A stretch of DNA of 64,000 bases from Eledone cirrhosa (Eukaryota), in NCBI GenBank assembly GCA_964016885.1, contig OZ024740.1:85436001-85500000 (forward strand), in the 5' to 3' direction. Position 1 is the first letter of the stretch, and every line of letters begins with the position of its first letter. This document shows positions 60,940 to 64,000 of this stretch, piece by piece. A program made the translations under genes and the position numbers. The notes beneath the pieces are model-generated. The model was not told the origin of the DNA. It ran no database searches and was given only the letters and a program-made list of their open reading frames with translations.

Positions 60940-61600
60940 TACCCAAATTGGTATCAAAGATGCAGAGAATTATCAATAAGAACCCCAGAAAATCAATTAG
61001 TGCTTAATGTTTTAGGGCATACTATCTGAAGAGCAATGCATGAGGACCTTCAATACAAGTCATATGTGATACGGAGAGGCCAATTCATGTCTGACAAAGC
61101 GCTTGTTGTGTAAGTTGAAACTGATAAAAACTTTAATCAGGTCCAAAACGTCAACCGAAAGACTGACAAATAGTTATGCAGAGACGGTCATGCACACAAA
61201 GTGTTCAGCAAATATAATGGTTGTGGCAGTTGAGAGGAACAATGGAGAATTCATGCTTCCTCATTTCTTTCCTCGGGGCTTAAGGGCCTGCTGACTATAA
61301 GGAGGTGTTGTGAGGCTGTGGATAGAGAGCATGCAAGTCAAGGAAGACAGTACACTTACCAACAAGACAACCCAAGAATTGGTGAGTTACAATCTCCATG
61401 ATCCCATTACCCCAAACATATGACCTCTTAACTCTCCAGACATGAATACATTGAACTACCATGTATGGAATGGAGTGTAGTTAAGAGGGAAGTCCAGCAA
61501 TTCCCCCATAACACTATAATATTACTGAAGTCTACTATAACTAGCACAGTGTCCAAAATAGATTCAGTCACGCCAATGTTTCAGACCTTGTATTGAAGCA
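60940..61600 (+). mobile_element. Degenerate Tc1/mariner transposase relic
   Basis: NKNPRKSI, MHTKCSANIMV..GEFMLPHFFPRGLR, YTYQQD, PLNSPDMNTLNYHVW. Confidence 0.65.
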
Positions 61601-61614
61601 GTTATCAATCATAA

Positions 61615-61793
61615 TATAATTGTTTCTACTTTTTGGCACAAGGCCAGCAATTACTGGTACTTTATTTTATCGACCCTGTAAGGATGAAAGGCAAAGTTAA
61701 CCTCGGCTGGATTTGAACTCAGAATGGCAAGGGCCGTAACTCTATGCATCAAAGCATGGTGTCTGAGCCTCTGCCGATACTGCCAATCCACCA
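61615..61793 (-). mobile_element. tRNA-derived SINE
   Basis: Full reverse-complement copy of the 20383-20555 SINE. Confidence 0.85.
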
Positions 61794-62503
61794 TAATAAA
61801 GGGAGGAGTGCAGAACTCTGTCTTGAATATATTTTTTCATCCTGTTAAAATTTTCAAATGTCAATACTTCTGGTTATGATATAACAGATGCTATATCATA
61901 TCGCTTATATAAACGTTCATATATTTGCATCGTTATATCATAACGTCTATATTTCCGTCGCTAATTTTGTCCTTTTTCGTTTTCATTACATTTCACCGTA
62001 ATGCAGTTTATATATAATATCTTTTTTAAATGTATCATGGATTACTTTACTGATTACAGAAGAGTGTGTAACACAGTCTCTCTTCAATTCCTGCGCATAT
62101 TGTCAATTGTGATTTTATTTGACATATCATATCTACATGTATATATATTTGTGTATAATATCAATATGCACACTACACATGCTCTCAGAAAACCAGGGTG
62201 GTTTTTCTGCTAGTGCTAATAATAAATTCATTGATTGTATTCACCAAGTAGAGTTTCAAGATTATTCATGTCTATTTTTCCTCCAATACATCTCTTCTTT
62301 CATGGCTTGTTTCTTATACTAAATTCATGCAAATGTCCTCAAAGAACTGAGCAAACTTGTATGTCTATATATTGTTGAAATTGCAGGAGCTCAGCCGTTG
62401 GTGTCCAAAATTTTTCATTTTACCCATGCTATTAACCCAAGTATCGAGAACTCTTGTGAGTAATGATCTTACAGATTTTACCACTTCTGTTCTGATATAT
62501 ATA

Positions 62504-62560
62504 TCACCATCATCATCATCACCACCATTTAATGTCCATTTTCCATGCTAGCATGGGTTA
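62504..62560 (-). mobile_element. RTE-type 3' terminal stub
   Basis: (CAT)n-TTTAATGTCCATTTTCCATGCTAGCATGGGTT matches the RTE 3' end at 34075-34130. Confidence 0.65.
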
Positions 62561-62899
62561 TATATATGTGTGTGTGCAGGCAAAACTGTGTGGTTAAGGA
62601 GTTCACTTTGCAGCCACATAGTTTCGGGTTTATTCCCAGTGCATCTCCCTTTTGGCATGTGTCTTTTACTAAAGCCTCAGGTTGAACGAGAGAGAGAGCA
62701 CAAGATAAATGCAGGAACAGAAAGAAGATAAATAGATCACTGACAGAGAGAAGGGCGGACATCATCAGAAAAAAGGAAGCAGTGAAATAAATATCTGAGT
62801 GGGAGTAGGGATCATAAGAGAGAAAAGGAGACAGTGAAACAGATATGCAAGAGAGAGAGAAGGGAGTAAAAGAGGGAGAAAGACAGTGAAGCAGATATC

Positions 62900-62902
62900 T
62901 GA

Positions 62903-62940
<38 letters not shown>

Positions 62941-62962
62941 GAGAGAGAGAGAGAGAGAGAGA
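62900..62962. repeat. (GA)n microsatellite
   Basis: Direct reading. Confidence 0.9.
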
Positions 62963-64000
62963 AAAATGAGTGAAAAAGAAAGAGATTCCACTACTTATCT
63001 AACATTGATTGATGACACAATAAAGCCTTTCTTTAGTAGATTCATCTTGTCCAAGTGTGAAATATACCAATTAAATGAAACTTTCATTTAAATTGCTGTC
63101 CAATGTAGTCTGTACAAGAGAGAGCAATCACTTGCGACTACTTTACATTCACTTCTAGTGTCTTTCAATAGTTTATTTTATGCAATACAGGACAACAACA
63201 TTATTTGCTCTCTTTATCGCAAATCTACAGAGGAGAGGGATTTAAATTTCCTGAGGGTAATTGCTGATCAAATTCAAAGCAGGGACCTCTTCTAGTTTAA
63301 TCATCATGAATTCTTGAAAGTTTAACAGAAAAATCTATTCAGTTTGTGCTTCCATTCAATGATGTTTGAACATCTATTTTTCTTTTCTTTTTTCTTATCT
63401 ATTTGCTGAGAAAGGAAGGAGGTCAACTGATTGAAATAAACCTCATCAGTAAAATGCTTTGTGGATGTTAGATGGGAGCTGCAGGTGTGTTTGTAGAAAA
63501 GCAGCATTTGGCACTGCTGCAAATCAATTCTCTCAGACTGTTTAATGTTAGTCAATAGAGAAGATAGAAAAGAGATAAAAAGTGAGAATAGAACCCCCAC
63601 CCCCCACCCCCACTCCCACCACCTTGAAAAAAAATCCCCCAAAATCATAAAAAAAAAAAAAAATCAATACATGAAATAGCTTAATCAATAGATAACATAG
63701 ATAGACATTATTTGTTGAGTATTTGGAAATGTCTTCCTACAAACAAGCCAGCTTTACTAAAAGTATATATATATACACATATATATATATAATCTACATA
63801 TACATATATGTCTCTTTATTAAGCAGCTTTAATCCATGGAATTATTGATTAAAAATACATTGTCAGCATATTGTCAGGGGCAAACATTTTATCAGTAATG
63901 AATAATAATGAAGAAACAGGAACAAGGAGGTTCAAAAGGACATGGAGTTGTTGTTGCTGCTACTGCTGATGTTGCCATTGCTGTTGTTCTTCATGATGCT

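Noticed and set aside
63322-63648. 108-aa minus-strand ORF as a host gene
   Set aside because: No recognisable domain and low-complexity ends; only a splice-like signal was noted.

Overview
This is an AT-rich, repeat-saturated animal window with no confidently identifiable host protein-coding gene. The SINE families, RTE/CR1 LINE 3' tails and extreme (TA)/(CA) microsatellite load suggest a coleoid cephalopod such as Octopus (inference). Almost all long ORFs in the track are microsatellite artefacts. Real content: a 33-bp minisatellite; a 6.6-kb CCAACA/CCAACACA satellite with a higher-order repeat; about 12 tRNA-derived SINEs; four RTE LINE copies, three of which span a PHD-like Cys/His insert; CR1, CRE and R4/Dong-like LINE relics; mariner relics and a MITE. 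The main signal is a colony of 13 Penelope-like element (PLE) derived insertions from about 10 families, all sitting in (TA)n tracts. One is a near-intact RT + GIY-YIG element (43063-49006) with inverted and direct pseudo-LTRs. Most of the others are short fold-back palindromes with a one-sided tail. Reading both strands by eye, I find 11 well-formed type I hammerhead ribozyme motifs (7 families) plus a degenerate pair. Three families carry the compensatory U3:A8 core (TTGANAA) in place of C3:G8, and most have palindromic stem III.
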